From NCBI GenBank assembly GCA_012960105.1, contig DUBV01000005.1, positions 7,433-71,432 of the forward strand: a DNA stretch of 64,000 bases, in the 5' to 3' direction. Below are positions 39,211 to 50,187 of this stretch, in pieces. Each line of letters starts with the position of its first letter. Positions within the stretch are counted from its first letter, which is position 1. The notes under the pieces were generated by a model. The model was not told the DNA's origin. It worked only from the letters and a program-made list of their open reading frames with translations, and searched no databases. The DNA is from Thiotrichaceae bacterium. Lineage in GTDB: Bacteria; Pseudomonadota; Gammaproteobacteria; Eutrophobiales; Eutrophobiaceae. Made by a program: the position numbers and the translations under genes.

Positions 39211-40731
39211 ATGATGACAGCTGAAAAACTGAACTATTCAAAGTCACTGGATGAACTTTTATCTGGTTTGGCTAATGTTAAGTCATCAATGGTTGTGACC
39301 GGCGTTGCGATTGATAGTCGACAAGTTAGATCAGGTGATCTGTTTATGGCTTACCGTGGAACAGAAGTGAATGGCGTTGATTATATTGATCATGCAATTC
39401 AAGCCGGTGCAGTTGCTATTGTCATTGACGAAGATGAAAAAATTGATTTGCAATTAATTTCGGTCGATGTTTTTAAAATAGATAACTTGCGTAAGCAGGC
39501 CGGAATCATTATCAGCCGATTTTATGATGAACCATCGAAACAGATGGAAGTTATTGGTGTTACCGGAACTAATGGTAAGACAACAGTTTCGTACATGGTT
39601 GCTCAAGTTTTATTTATGCTTGGAAAGAAATCCGCTGTTGTAGGAACGATAGGAAATGGTCCGTTTGGAAAAGTAGAATCGGCAAACACGACAACGCCAG
39701 ATCCGGTTAAATTACATTCTTTATTTTCCAGTTGGGCAGGTGATATTGACTCTGTGGTGATGGAAGTTTCATCGCATGCACTTGATCAAGGCAGAGTAGC
39801 GGGCGTGGAATTTAATAGTGCTGTTTTTACCAATTTGAGTCGTGATCACCTGGATTATCATAAAACTTTTGAAGATTATGCTGATGCGAAATCTCAACTG
39901 TTTCGATTGTCTTGTCTTAAACATGCCATCGTTAATATTGATGACTACTATGGTCTCAAGTTGATTGATTTATTACCGATAGGCATAAATATTTATGCGT
40001 ATTCAACGAAAGCAAAACAAGAAGATATAAATAGAAAAAATGTCTCTTTTGTATTTTGTGAAAAAATTGAGGTTGACCATCTTAAAACAAAACTGACGAT
40101 ACAAAGTCCTTGGGGGCAAGTAACTATTACTACGGGCTTGTTAGGACAATTTAATATAGAAAATATTCTGGCTGCATATACTTCGTTATGTATTTCTGAT
40201 TTATCAGCGGAACAAGTTGCTGAGGCATTATCAAAATTTAACGGTGTGCCTGGAAGGATGGAATATTTTTCTTCACAGAATGATTCGAATTCCAAACCAT
40301 TACTGATCGTTGATTATGCGCATACGCCTGATGCTCTTGAAAAGGTATTAACTGCGCTGCGTCCTTATTGTAAAGGAAAACTATTTTGTATCTTTGGTTG
40401 TGGCGGTGATCGAGATACTGGCAAACGTTCACAAATGGGAGCTATTGCCGAAGCGTTATCTGATCAAGTAGTTATCACTAATGATAACCCACGTACTGAA
40501 ACGGAAGAGAAAATTGTTGAAGATATTCTTGTTGGGATTAAAGATAAATCAAAGGCAACGATTAAGTATGATCGTTCTGATGCAATTATAAATACATTTT
40601 TAAATGCTGATAAAAATGACGTCATTTTGATTGCCGGCAAAGGTCATGAAACAACACAACAGGTTGGCACGATGTTATTACCTTTTAGCGATCGTGAATT
40701 AGCAAGACGGTTAACGGAAGGTGATTCATGA
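39211..40731 (+). CDS. murE: UDP-N-acetylmuramoyl-L-alanyl-D-glutamate--2,6-diaminopimelate ligase
   Basis: 506 aa. Contains GVTGTNGKTT and the DNPR motif (ITNDNPRTE). Confidence 0.95.
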   Translation: MMTAEKLNYSKSLDELLSGLANVKSSMVVTGVAIDSRQVRSGDLFMAYRGTEVNGVDYIDHAIQAGAVAIVIDEDEKIDLQLISVDVFKIDNLRKQAGIIISRFYDEPSKQMEVIGVTGTNGKTTVSYMVAQVLFMLGKKSAVVGTIGNGPFGKVESANTTTPDPVKLHSLFSSWAGDIDSVVMEVSSHALDQGRVAGVEFNSAVFTNLSRDHLDYHKTFEDYADAKSQLFRLSCLKHAIVNIDDYYGLKLIDLLPIGINIYAYSTKAKQEDINRKNVSFVFCEKIEVDHLKTKLTIQSPWGQVTITTGLLGQFNIENILAAYTSLCISDLSAEQVAEALSKFNGVPGRMEYFSSQNDSNSKPLLIVDYAHTPDALEKVLTALRPYCKGKLFCIFGCGGDRDTGKRSQMGAIAEALSDQVVITNDNPRTETEEKIVEDILVGIKDKSKATIKYDRSDAIINTFLNADKNDVILIAGKGHETTQQVGTMLLPFSDRELARRLTEGDS

Positions 40732-42086
40732 TTAATATGTCGCTTTCAAAAGCAGCTAAAGCTATTGATTCAAGTTTTAAGGGTAACGATATTATGTTTT
40801 CCGGATGTAGTACTGACAGCCGAACCATTAAAAATGGAAATTTATTTATCGCATTAGCAGGTGAGAATTTTGATGGACATGATTATGTCTCTGTCGCTGA
40901 AGATAATGGCGCCTCATCTATAATGCTAGAAAGAGAAGTGAATCATACGAAGCCTGCGTTATTAGTAAAAGATACGCGAAAGGCGATGGGTTTGCTTGCC
41001 AGGTCCTGGCGTGTAGAACTTAGTATACCTTTGGTTGCTATTACAGGTAGCAATGGTAAAACCACAGTAAAAGAAATGGTTAATAGTATTTTATCTGAAA
41101 TTTCAGAAGTACATGCAACGTCTGGAAATTTTAATAATGATATTGGTGTGCCATTAACCTTATTTGGTCTTAATAAAAAGCATCAATATGCAGTGATAGA
41201 AATGGGAGCAAACCATCCGGGTGAAATTGAATGGTTAACTAGCATTGCTAGTCCAAATGTTGCTGTTATTACTCAGTGTGCGCCATCCCATCTTGAAGGC
41301 TTTGGTAGTGTTGAAGGTGTTGCTAAAGCAAAAGCAGAAATATATTCGGGTCTACAATCTTCGGGCACGGCAATAATTAATGCTGATGATGAGTATGCCA
41401 ATTTTTGGAAAGAGTCGTGTGAGCATTTAAGCCAACTTAGTTTTGGTATTGAATCTGTTGATGCTGATGTTCGAGCGAAGAATATTAATATTTTAACAGA
41501 GAGTGCTTCTATTAAATTTGAATTAAGCTGTGCTCAAGGTGCAGTAGAAATTTTATTGCCTCTTTCTGCTGAACATAATGTGATGAATGCATTAGCAGCC
41601 AGTGCTTGCTGTTTAAGTTTGGATGTATCTTTGGAGTCGATAAAAAAGGGACTTGAGAGTATGTCGCCGATCAAAGGACGATTGCAAATAAAAGCAGGTA
41701 AGCAAGGTGTTCGAATTATTGATGATACATACAACGCAAATCCAAAATCACTTGCTGCGGCATTAAAAGTATTAAGTGCATATCAAGGAACTCGATATCT
41801 TGTTCTAGGAGATATGGGTGAGTTAGGTGCGTCAGCAGAACAACTTCATAGAGACGCGGGCAAATTAGCCAAGCAACTAGGTATCGATAAAATATTTACG
41901 CTAGGTGAATTGAGTATTAATACTTTGCAAGGCTTTGGTTCAGATTCTTTTTATTGTGAATCCCATGATGAATTAAACGAAACTTTAAAAAATCATCTTG
42001 ATGGAGACACAACCATTTTAATAAAAGGTTCTCGCTATATGCAGATGGAAAAAATCGTGCAGGCATTGATGGAGGAACAAGAATAA
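40728..42086 (+). CDS. murF: UDP-N-acetylmuramoyl-tripeptide--D-alanyl-D-alanine ligase
   Basis: 452 aa. Contains AITGSNGKTT. Mur ligase three-domain layout, 4-nt overlap with murE. Confidence 0.93.
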   Translation: MINMSLSKAAKAIDSSFKGNDIMFSGCSTDSRTIKNGNLFIALAGENFDGHDYVSVAEDNGASSIMLEREVNHTKPALLVKDTRKAMGLLARSWRVELSIPLVAITGSNGKTTVKEMVNSILSEISEVHATSGNFNNDIGVPLTLFGLNKKHQYAVIEMGANHPGEIEWLTSIASPNVAVITQCAPSHLEGFGSVEGVAKAKAEIYSGLQSSGTAIINADDEYANFWKESCEHLSQLSFGIESVDADVRAKNINILTESASIKFELSCAQGAVEILLPLSAEHNVMNALAASACCLSLDVSLESIKKGLESMSPIKGRLQIKAGKQGVRIIDDTYNANPKSLAAALKVLSAYQGTRYLVLGDMGELGASAEQLHRDAGKLAKQLGIDKIFTLGELSINTLQGFGSDSFYCESHDELNETLKNHLDGDTTILIKGSRYMQMEKIVQALMEEQE

Positions 42087-43169
42087 ATGTTGCTTTGGCT
42101 AACAGAATATCTTGCCCAGTTTGATAGTGGCTTTAATGTTTTCGGATACTTAACGTTAAGAATAATATTAGGTGTTTTGACTTCGCTGTTTGTTTCATTT
42201 CTTTTCGGGCCTTATCTAATCCGACATTTAACTAATAAACAAATTGGTCAAAGTGTAAGAGATGATGGGCCAGAAACACATCTGGTCAAATCTGGCACGC
42301 CGACGATGGGTGGTTTGTTAATTCTTATTTCCATTATATTTAGTACTTTATGTTGGGCGGATATTAGTAATCGTTATGTATTGATCGTTTTACTCGTTAC
42401 CTTTTTGTTTGGCATCATCGGTTTAATTGATGATTATAAAAAAGTCATTAATAACGATCCTAAAGGTTTAAGTGCGAAACATAAATATGCAGCACAATCT
42501 ATAGTTGGACTAGGCGCGGCAATCTATTTATATCAATCGGCGACACTTCCAGTTGAGACTCAGTTAATTATCCCTTTTGTTAAATCCTTTGTTTTTGATC
42601 TGGGTCTTTTCTATATCGTGCTTACTTATTTTGTCATTGTTGGAACAAGTAACGCAGTTAATTTAACCGATGGTCTTGATGGACTGGCTATATTGCCCAC
42701 GGTATTGGTCGCGGGTGCATTAGCAATTTTTGCTTATACAACAGGTCATATACGTTTTGCTGAATATCTGGGAATTCCCTACATTCCTGGCGTTGGTGAA
42801 GTTGCTATTTTTTGTGGTGCGATTGCTGGTGCTGGCCTCGGCTTTCTTTGGTTCAATACTTACCCAGCGCAAGTCTTTATGGGAGATATCGGTGCCTTAG
42901 CACTCGGTGCGGCATTAGGCATTGTTGCTGTTGTTGTCAGACAAGAATTAGCGTTATTTATTATGGGCGGTGTTTTTGTAATGGAGACAGTGTCAGTCAT
43001 ATTGCAAGTTGCTTCATTTAAATTAACCGGCAAAAGAATTTTTAAAATGGCGCCACTACATCATCACTATGAACTTAAAGGTTGGCCTGAGCCTAGAGTC
43101 ATTGTTCGATTTTGGATTATTACCGTTATTCTGGTTTTGATTGGTCTTGCTAGTTTGAAGATACGTTGA
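42087..43169 (+). CDS. mraY: phospho-N-acetylmuramoyl-pentapeptide transferase
   Basis: 360 aa, 10-TM. Contains [19 protein letters not shown] and HHHYE. Confidence 0.97.
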   Translation: MLLWLTEYLAQFDSGFNVFGYLTLRIILGVLTSLFVSFLFGPYLIRHLTNKQIGQSVRDDGPETHLVKSGTPTMGGLLILISIIFSTLCWADISNRYVLIVLLVTFLFGIIGLIDDYKKVINNDPKGLSAKHKYAAQSIVGLGAAIYLYQSATLPVETQLIIPFVKSFVFDLGLFYIVLTYFVIVGTSNAVNLTDGLDGLAILPTVLVAGALAIFAYTTGHIRFAEYLGIPYIPGVGEVAIFCGAIAGAGLGFLWFNTYPAQVFMGDIGALALGAALGIVAVVVRQELALFIMGGVFVMETVSVILQVASFKLTGKRIFKMAPLHHHYELKGWPEPRVIVRFWIITVILVLIGLASLKIR

Positions 43170-43221
43170 GGAATATTACTTGATTTGTATTGCCAAAAAG
43201 AAGGTGACGAAAATAACAACG

Positions 43222-44571
43222 ATGAACGAAACTAACTTACATTTCGATGTAGTTATTGTTGGTCTAGGCAAGACTGGACTTTCGTGCGCGCGTTATTTGA
43301 GTAAGCAAGGTTTGAATATTGCGGTTACTGATAGCAGGAATGAGCCGCCAGAGTTATCGACGTTGAAAAATGAATTTGAATCAATTCCAACATATTTTGG
43401 AAAAATTAATTTAGAAGTATTACTAGCATCAGAACAAATCATTCTGAGCCCTGGGGTTTCACTTGATAATGCGAGTATTAAAAAAGCGATAGACAATGGC
43501 ATTCCCGTTATTGGTGATATTGAATTATTTTGTCGGAATGCGCAGGCTCCCATCATAGCAATATCAGGTTCTAATGGGAAAAGTACGGTGACAACATTAG
43601 TTGCGGAGATGTCTCAACAGGCTGGTTTGCGAACATGTGTTGGTGGCAATCTAGGTACGCCAGCATTAGAACTACTGAACGAGGCTACTCCAGATTTGTA
43701 TGTGCTTGAGTTATCCAGTTTTCAATTGGAAACAACCTTTTCTCTGAATGCCCATGCAAGTGTCGTATTAAATGTATCGCCTGACCATATGGATCGCTAC
43801 GCTAGTTTTGATGACTATATCGGTGCAAAACATAAAATCTATTCAGGCCAAGGCTTAATGATCATCAATCAGGATGATGACGTCGTTAATGCAATGATAA
43901 ATGACTCCAGACAGACAATGACATTCTCCCTTTCAAAACCAGAAGGAAATAATTTTGGTGTTATAAAAAAGAATGATGAGCTTTTCTTATGTCAGGGAGA
44001 CAAGAAAATTATTAGTGATAAAGAACTTGCTATTAAGGGCGAGCATAATATTGCAAATGCCTTAGCTGCGATGGCGTTGGCAAGTTCAATGAATATTTCT
44101 ACTGATGCGATGGTTAACGTCTTGAGGAACTTCACTGGTCTGGAACATCGCTGTCAGTTAGTTAGAACAATTAATAATGTCAATTGGTATAACGATTCCA
44201 AAGCGACCAATGTCGGCGCGTGTATCGCATCGATAAAAGGTTTATGTGAGTTAGGTAATATCATCCTTATAGCGGGCGGTGATAGTAAAGGTGCGGATTT
44301 ATCTAGTCTGACTTATGTTGTAGAAAAACATGTAAAAAACGTTTTATTACTAGGTGTAGATGCAAATAAATTAGCTGAAGTTATTGGCGATAACGTTCCA
44401 CATGAATTAGTTAACGATATGTCGGAAGCGGTTAGTCGAGCTAAGAAAATTGCAAGCCCTGGCGAAATAGTCTTGCTTGCCCCTGCGTGTGCCAGTCTGG
44501 ATATGTATAAGAATTATCAACAGCGCGGTGAAGATTACATTTTAGCAGTGCATGCATTGGAGGCCGACTAA
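43222..44571 (+). CDS. murD: UDP-N-acetylmuramoylalanine--D-glutamate ligase
   Basis: VVIVGLGKTG and ISGSNGKST. The ATG at 43222 gives a homologue-like N-terminal length. The alternative TTG at 43180 has the better SD (GAGGA 7 nt upstream). Confidence 0.9.
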   Translation: MNETNLHFDVVIVGLGKTGLSCARYLSKQGLNIAVTDSRNEPPELSTLKNEFESIPTYFGKINLEVLLASEQIILSPGVSLDNASIKKAIDNGIPVIGDIELFCRNAQAPIIAISGSNGKSTVTTLVAEMSQQAGLRTCVGGNLGTPALELLNEATPDLYVLELSSFQLETTFSLNAHASVVLNVSPDHMDRYASFDDYIGAKHKIYSGQGLMIINQDDDVVNAMINDSRQTMTFSLSKPEGNNFGVIKKNDELFLCQGDKKIISDKELAIKGEHNIANALAAMALASSMNISTDAMVNVLRNFTGLEHRCQLVRTINNVNWYNDSKATNVGACIASIKGLCELGNIILIAGGDSKGADLSSLTYVVEKHVKNVLLLGVDANKLAEVIGDNVPHELVNDMSEAVSRAKKIASPGEIVLLAPACASLDMYKNYQQRGEDYILAVHALEAD

Positions 44572-45773
44572 TGTCTGCACGATATAAACAGCAAGCAACC
44601 TTATCTTCTCATTATCATATTAAGAATAAATTGATTGTGGGTTATGACCTTTGGTTAATGGGTATTTCTTTGCTAATAATTTGTATTGGATTAGTAATGG
44701 TGGCGTCTGCATCTATAGCAATTTCAACGAGAGAATTTGATGACCCATTGCATTATTTCTGGCGTCAAGGTTTTGCAGCAATGATAGGTTTATCTCTTGC
44801 GTTAATTATTTTGAAAATTCCGATGCATCTATGGGAAAGTTGCAGCATGTCATTATTGATACTGGCATTTATTATGTTGGCGCTAATTCTTGTTCCTGGT
44901 GTAGGAAAGGAAGTTAATGGCAGTATGCGCTGGATTCAATTTGGTCCATTTTCATTACAGGCATCAGAGCCAGTTAAGTTATGTATTATTGCTTATCTTG
45001 CCAGTTACCTCGTGCGTCATGTGAAAACGGTACAAACTGATTTTAGGGGCTTTATTATTCCAATCGGTGTTCTGACATTGATTTCTGGTTTGTTATTGTT
45101 AGAACCTGATTTTGGTGCAACGGTTGTATTATTTGCTACTGCATTAGGTATGTTGTTTATGGCGGGTGTTCCTTTAAGCCGATTTTTTGCCTGGGGTTCC
45201 GTTGCCTTTTGTGCCTTAATTACTCTTGCGATACTTTCTCCTTATCGTATGCAACGATTAATGAGCTTCGTTGATCCGTGGAAAGACCCTTATGACAGTG
45301 GCTTTCAATTAACACAAGCTTTGATTGCTTTTGGTCGAGGTGATTGGTTTGGTGTTGGTCTTGGTAGTAGCGTACAAAAATTATTTTACTTGCCAGAAGC
45401 GCATACTGATTTTGTCTTTTCTGTGCTCGCAGAAGAACTAGGCTTGTTCGGTAGTCTTATAATGATATTTTTATATTCATTCATTATCTGGCGTGCCTTT
45501 GTTATTGGTCATATTGCCGAACGTGTAGAAAAATATTTTTCTGCTTATTTTGCTTATGGCATAGGTTTGATTATTGGAATACAGGCATACATTAATATTG
45601 GTGTAAACATGGGTGTGCTTCCTACTAAAGGCTTGACCCTTCCACTGATGAGTTACGGCGGTAATAGTTTAATCGTTTACTGTATGTTGCTAAGTATTTT
45701 GTTACGTATCGAATATGAGAATAGACAGGATGTTCGAACTAGTATTTCAAAAGTGGTGCCTGCCTATGCGTGA
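44571..45773 (+). CDS. ftsW: SEDS peptidoglycan glycosyltransferase FtsW
   Basis: 400 aa polytopic protein. Contains LPEAHTDFVFS and LPTKGLTLPLMSYGG. Confidence 0.93.
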   Translation: MSARYKQQATLSSHYHIKNKLIVGYDLWLMGISLLIICIGLVMVASASIAISTREFDDPLHYFWRQGFAAMIGLSLALIILKIPMHLWESCSMSLLILAFIMLALILVPGVGKEVNGSMRWIQFGPFSLQASEPVKLCIIAYLASYLVRHVKTVQTDFRGFIIPIGVLTLISGLLLLEPDFGATVVLFATALGMLFMAGVPLSRFFAWGSVAFCALITLAILSPYRMQRLMSFVDPWKDPYDSGFQLTQALIAFGRGDWFGVGLGSSVQKLFYLPEAHTDFVFSVLAEELGLFGSLIMIFLYSFIIWRAFVIGHIAERVEKYFSAYFAYGIGLIIGIQAYINIGVNMGVLPTKGLTLPLMSYGGNSLIVYCMLLSILLRIEYENRQDVRTSISKVVPAYA

Positions 45774-46851
45774 TAAAAATATTTTGATTATGGCAGGTGG
45801 AACAGGCGGTCATGTCTATCCGGCATTAGCTGTTGCAGATAATTTGAAAGAAAAAGGCTTTAACTTATTCTGGTTAGGAACCAGTAAAGGCATGGAATCT
45901 AAAGTTGTTCCTGAGCATGGTTATCCTTTATTAAAAATAAATGTGGCTGGAGTAAGGGGTAATGGTTTTTTACGATTATTGTTTGCTCCCTTGATGCTTA
46001 TGATTGCATTGTTTCAGGCATTGATGATTATGGTAAAAGTGCGGCCGGTAGCTGTTCTTGGCATGGGTGGCTTTGCAAGTGGGCCAGGTGGTGTTGCGGC
46101 ATGGTTGATGCGCATACCCTTGCTCATACATGAACAAAATGCGATAGCCGGTTTAACGAATCGTTTGTTAGTGCCTTTTGCTGTTTCGGTAATGGCGGCA
46201 TTTCCAGGAGCGTTTAAAAAATCTACAAAATTAAGTATCACGGGAAATCCAGTACGTAAGGATATTGTAAATTTACTTTCACCTGAAAAGCGATACGCAG
46301 ATCGAGATTCAAATGTACTAAAAATACTAGTGCTAGGTGGAAGTCTTGGTGCAAAAAGAATAAATGAAGTTGTACCTGAAACATTGCATGCTCTAGCTGA
46401 TGATTGTCACTTTGAAGTTAAGCATCAATCTGGTGAACGACATCTTGCAGATACAACCGCGGCTTATAATAAATACAATATCGATGTAGAAATTATGCCA
46501 TTTATTAACAACATGGCCGAGGTCTATGCTTGGGCCGATATTGTTATTTGTCGTGCAGGTGCATTAACCGTAGCTGAGCTAGCGGCATCAGGTGTTGGTT
46601 CAATATTGATTCCATTTCCTTATGCGGTCGATGACCATCAGACAGAGAATGCAAAATACCTTTCAGTTGAAGGTGCAGCAATTCTTATTCAAGAAGCACA
46701 GTTAAGTGTTGAGAAGTTAAAAACACTGATTATAAAATTATGTAATACATCTGATCAGTTACTACAAATGGCTGTCAATGCGCGAGCACTTTCAAAACCA
46801 ACAGCTACAGATGATGTTGCGCGTTTATGCATGGAGGTTATTCATGTTTGA
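45766..46851 (+). CDS. murG: undecaprenyldiphospho-muramoylpentapeptide beta-N-acetylglucosaminyltransferase
   Basis: ATG at 45766 gives MRDKNILIMAGGTGGHVYPALAVA and overlaps the ftsW stop by 8 nt. Confidence 0.95.
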   Translation: MRDKNILIMAGGTGGHVYPALAVADNLKEKGFNLFWLGTSKGMESKVVPEHGYPLLKINVAGVRGNGFLRLLFAPLMLMIALFQALMIMVKVRPVAVLGMGGFASGPGGVAAWLMRIPLLIHEQNAIAGLTNRLLVPFAVSVMAAFPGAFKKSTKLSITGNPVRKDIVNLLSPEKRYADRDSNVLKILVLGGSLGAKRINEVVPETLHALADDCHFEVKHQSGERHLADTTAAYNKYNIDVEIMPFINNMAEVYAWADIVICRAGALTVAELAASGVGSILIPFPYAVDDHQTENAKYLSVEGAAILIQEAQLSVEKLKTLIIKLCNTSDQLLQMAVNARALSKPTATDDVARLCMEVIHV

Positions 46852-48256
46852 TATGCGTACAAATACTATGGGTCGAGTAAGGCATATTCATTTTGTTGGT
46901 ATCGGTGGTGCTGGCATGGGTGGTATCGCTGAAGTATTAAAAAATATCGGCTATGAAGTAACGGGTTCGGATATTAAAGAAAGTGCTATTACACAGAGAT
47001 TGGAGTCATTAGGGGTCAATGTGACAATTGGCCATGCCGCTGAAAATATCAAGGATACTGATGTCGTCGTTGTTACTAGTGCTATTGATGAAAATAATGA
47101 AGAGTTGCTTGCAGCAAGAAGTAACAGAGTGCCAGTAGTACGTCGAGCAGAAATGCTAGCAGAATTAATGCGCTTTAGTCAGGGAATAGCCATCGCAGGC
47201 ACACATGGTAAAACTACAACGACAAGTTTGGTTGCTAGTGTATTGGCAGAAGGAGGCTTAGATCCTACCTATGTTATTGGTGGATTGTTAAATAGTTCGG
47301 GAGCACATGCGCGCTTAGGTAGTGGTAATTACATCGTTGCTGAAGCCGATGAAAGTGATGCATCTTTCTTGCATCTCTATCCAGTAATAGCAGTGATAAC
47401 AAATATTGATGCAGATCATCTTGATGCTTATGCGGGTGATTTTGCAAATTTACGACATAACTTTGTTGAATTCTTACATCAATTACCTTTTTATGGTTTG
47501 GCAATTTTATGTATTGATGATGAAGGTGTACGTAAGATTTTACCGGAAGTCACCAAGCCGGTTATTACCTATGGTTTGGATTATGAAGCGGATTATAACG
47601 CCGAATTAATAAAGCAGGAAAATACAACAACCTGGTTTAATGTTTCGCGTAAGGATAAAAAAGATTGGCTACAAGTTGAGCTTAATCTTCCAGGTAAACA
47701 TAATTTATTAAATGCATTGGCATCTATTGTTATTGCACATGAGTTAGGCGTGAGTGATGAGGACATCATTAATGCTTTAAGTCAGTTTCAGGGCATATCG
47801 CGTCGCTGCCATGTTCGTGGTGATATCAAACTAAATAATACTAATGTCACTTTGATTGATGACTATGCTCATCATCCAACTGAGATAGAAGCCATTATTG
47901 ATGCTGTTAAAGCGGGTTGGCCTGATAGGCGATTGGTTGTTATTTATCAACCGCATCGGTTTACGCGATTACGTGATCTATTTGAAGATTTTAGTCAGGT
48001 TCTTTCGCAGGTTGAGTGTCTATTAATGTTAGATGTTTATGCCGCAGGCGAAGAGCCTATTGCCGGCGTGGATAGTCGTTCCTTATGCCGTGCAATTAGA
48101 TCACGAGGACAGGTTGACCCTGTGTTCGTTGAAGATAAAGAAACGGTTCAAGATGTTCTATCTAATTTAGTTGAAGAAAATGATTTGTTACTGACTTTGG
48201 GTGCAGGTGATATTGGTTCCTTATCAAAACAAATTTACTCAAGCTCGGTGCATTAA
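46844..48256 (+). CDS. murC: UDP-N-acetylmuramate--L-alanine ligase
   Basis: RHIHFVGIGGAGMGGIAEVL and GTHGKTTTT. The start is either ATG 46844 (overlapping the murG stop) or ATG 46853. Confidence 0.95.
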   Translation: MFDMRTNTMGRVRHIHFVGIGGAGMGGIAEVLKNIGYEVTGSDIKESAITQRLESLGVNVTIGHAAENIKDTDVVVVTSAIDENNEELLAARSNRVPVVRRAEMLAELMRFSQGIAIAGTHGKTTTTSLVASVLAEGGLDPTYVIGGLLNSSGAHARLGSGNYIVAEADESDASFLHLYPVIAVITNIDADHLDAYAGDFANLRHNFVEFLHQLPFYGLAILCIDDEGVRKILPEVTKPVITYGLDYEADYNAELIKQENTTTWFNVSRKDKKDWLQVELNLPGKHNLLNALASIVIAHELGVSDEDIINALSQFQGISRRCHVRGDIKLNNTNVTLIDDYAHHPTEIEAIIDAVKAGWPDRRLVVIYQPHRFTRLRDLFEDFSQVLSQVECLLMLDVYAAGEEPIAGVDSRSLCRAIRSRGQVDPVFVEDKETVQDVLSNLVEENDLLLTLGAGDIGSLSKQIYSSSVH

Positions 48257-48268
48257 GGAATAATAATC

Positions 48269-49231
48269 TTGTTGAGTATAGAAAATGAAATGCAACAGAT
48301 GCAGGTGGTTTTTAATAACAGTATGAATGTTGATATTGATAAAACACTTTTTCGTGGTGAATTGCGCGAGCAAGAACCAATGTCGCGACATACGTCATGG
48401 AAAACTGGCGGCAATGCTGATTATTATTATCGTGCGCTGGATATAGATGATTTATCTGAATTTTTGTCGAGCTTGCCGAATGATATGCCTCTGACGTGGG
48501 TAGGTCTTGGCAGTAATTTATTAGTACGTGATGGTGGTTTATCTGGTGTCGTGGTTTCGGTTGTTGGTGTGCTTAATGAACTTGAATGCATTAATGAAAA
48601 TTGTATTGCTCTAGGCGCTGGAGTTACTAGTGCAAAAGCAGCGCGTTTTGCAGCTAAACAAGGATTGGCTGGTATAGAATTTTTAGCCGCCATCCCTGGT
48701 TCTATAGGTGGTGCTTTAGCGATGAATGCGGGTGCTTATGGTGGTGAGATTTGGCGCTATGTAAAACAGGTAGAAACCATTAATAGAAATGGTAAGAGAC
48801 AGTTTTACACGAGTGATCAATTTGAAATTGCTTATCGTAGTGTTTCGCTTGCCGACGATGAGTGGTTTGTTTCTTGTATTTTAGAATTAAATATTTCGAA
48901 TAGAGAACAAATCGAAAAAAACATGAAAGCAATGTTAAGTAAACGTGCCGAAGCACAACCTTTAGGTCAGCATAGTTGTGGTTCCGTTTTTAGAAATCCT
49001 GTTGGTGATCATGCGGCAAGATTAATCGATTTATGTGGATTGAAAGGAAAGCAGTTGGGTGGTGCAGCGGTTTCTGAAAAGCATGCAAATTTTATTATCA
49101 ATACAGGTAATGCAACGTCATTAGATATAGAGACATTGATTGAATTGGTGCAAACGGCTGTCTATGAGAAGCATGATGTGAAATTAACTCCAGAAGTCAG
49201 AATTATTGGCGAAAGAGGGAGCGACCAATAA
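48269..49231 (+). CDS. murB: UDP-N-acetylenolpyruvoylglucosamine reductase
   Basis: FAD-binding PCMH domain (HTSWKTGGNADYY, GLGSNLLV) plus GSVFRNP and EVRIIGE. The start is uncertain: TTG 48269 or one of several downstream ATGs. Confidence 0.9.
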   Translation: MLSIENEMQQMQVVFNNSMNVDIDKTLFRGELREQEPMSRHTSWKTGGNADYYYRALDIDDLSEFLSSLPNDMPLTWVGLGSNLLVRDGGLSGVVVSVVGVLNELECINENCIALGAGVTSAKAARFAAKQGLAGIEFLAAIPGSIGGALAMNAGAYGGEIWRYVKQVETINRNGKRQFYTSDQFEIAYRSVSLADDEWFVSCILELNISNREQIEKNMKAMLSKRAEAQPLGQHSCGSVFRNPVGDHAARLIDLCGLKGKQLGGAAVSEKHANFIINTGNATSLDIETLIELVQTAVYEKHDVKLTPEVRIIGERGSDQ

Positions 49232-50187
49232 TGTCGATATCAGAATATCAAGTATCTGATTTTGGCAAAGTCGCTGTATTAATGGGTGGAGAGTCTGCTG
49301 AACGAGCAATTTCTCTGGAAAGTGGAAAGGCGGTATATGCGGCACTCTGTAAAGAAGGTGTCGATGCTCATGCAATTGATTTTGATACGAATGAGTTTCA
49401 TCAATTAGTGAACAATGATTTTGATCGAGTATTTATCGCATTACATGGTCGCGGTGGTGAAGATGGAACAATACAAGGTGCTTTGGAATCGATAGGTTTG
49501 CCCTATACCGGTAGTGATGTAATGAGTTCTGCTTTAGCAATGGACAAGACTCGTAGTAAAGCTATTTGGCGAGATGCTGGTTTGCCAACACCAGACGTTG
49601 TGGAATTAAACCATGAAAGTAATTGGGAAGAGATAGTCGAAAAACTAAATTTGCCAATTATGGTGAAGCCGGTAAGAGAAGGGTCGAGTGTAGGTGCAAG
49701 TAAGGTAACTCAAGCAAAAGATTTATCTTCGGCCTGGAATCTAGCAAACCAATTTGATGATCGCGTTATGGCAGAGAGTTGGATAGAAGGTGACGAGTAT
49801 ACGGTACCTATTCTAGGAGACATTGTCTTGCCTATGATAAAGCTTGAAACAAAACGAGAATTTTATGATTACCAGGCAAAGTATGAAGACGATGATACAA
49901 AATATATTTGTCCTTGTGGACTTGAAGAAAGTGTAGAAAAAACGTTGGGTGAATTATCTTTAAAAGCATGTAATACATTAGGTGTTAGTGGTTGGAGTCG
50001 AGTCGATATTATGATCGATAAAAAAAATCAGCCTTGGTTAATTGAAGTGAATACTGTTCCAGGTATGACCAGTCATAGTTTGGTACCGATGGCAGCAAAA
50101 CAAGCGGGTATTTCTTTTGAGCAGTTAGTAGTACAAATATTAGCGACAAGTATGGTGCCGGTTACTACAAAGGAAAATCAAAACTAA
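49231..50187 (+). CDS. ddl: D-alanine--D-alanine ligase
   Basis: 318 aa, ATP-grasp fold. Contains HGRGGEDGTIQGALE and EVNTVPGMTSHS. Confidence 0.95.
   Translation: MSISEYQVSDFGKVAVLMGGESAERAISLESGKAVYAALCKEGVDAHAIDFDTNEFHQLVNNDFDRVFIALHGRGGEDGTIQGALESIGLPYTGSDVMSSALAMDKTRSKAIWRDAGLPTPDVVELNHESNWEEIVEKLNLPIMVKPVREGSSVGASKVTQAKDLSSAWNLANQFDDRVMAESWIEGDEYTVPILGDIVLPMIKLETKREFYDYQAKYEDDDTKYICPCGLEESVEKTLGELSLKACNTLGVSGWSRVDIMIDKKNQPWLIEVNTVPGMTSHSLVPMAAKQAGISFEQLVVQILATSMVPVTTKENQN

Noticed and set aside
45715-45765. Long upstream starts in the ORF track for murG (45715), murC (46778), ftsL (37163) and rsmI (30732).
   Set aside because: The extensions overlap the preceding genes out of frame and add residues absent from homologues. 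Internal ATGs give canonical N-termini and the short overlaps typical of dcw clusters.
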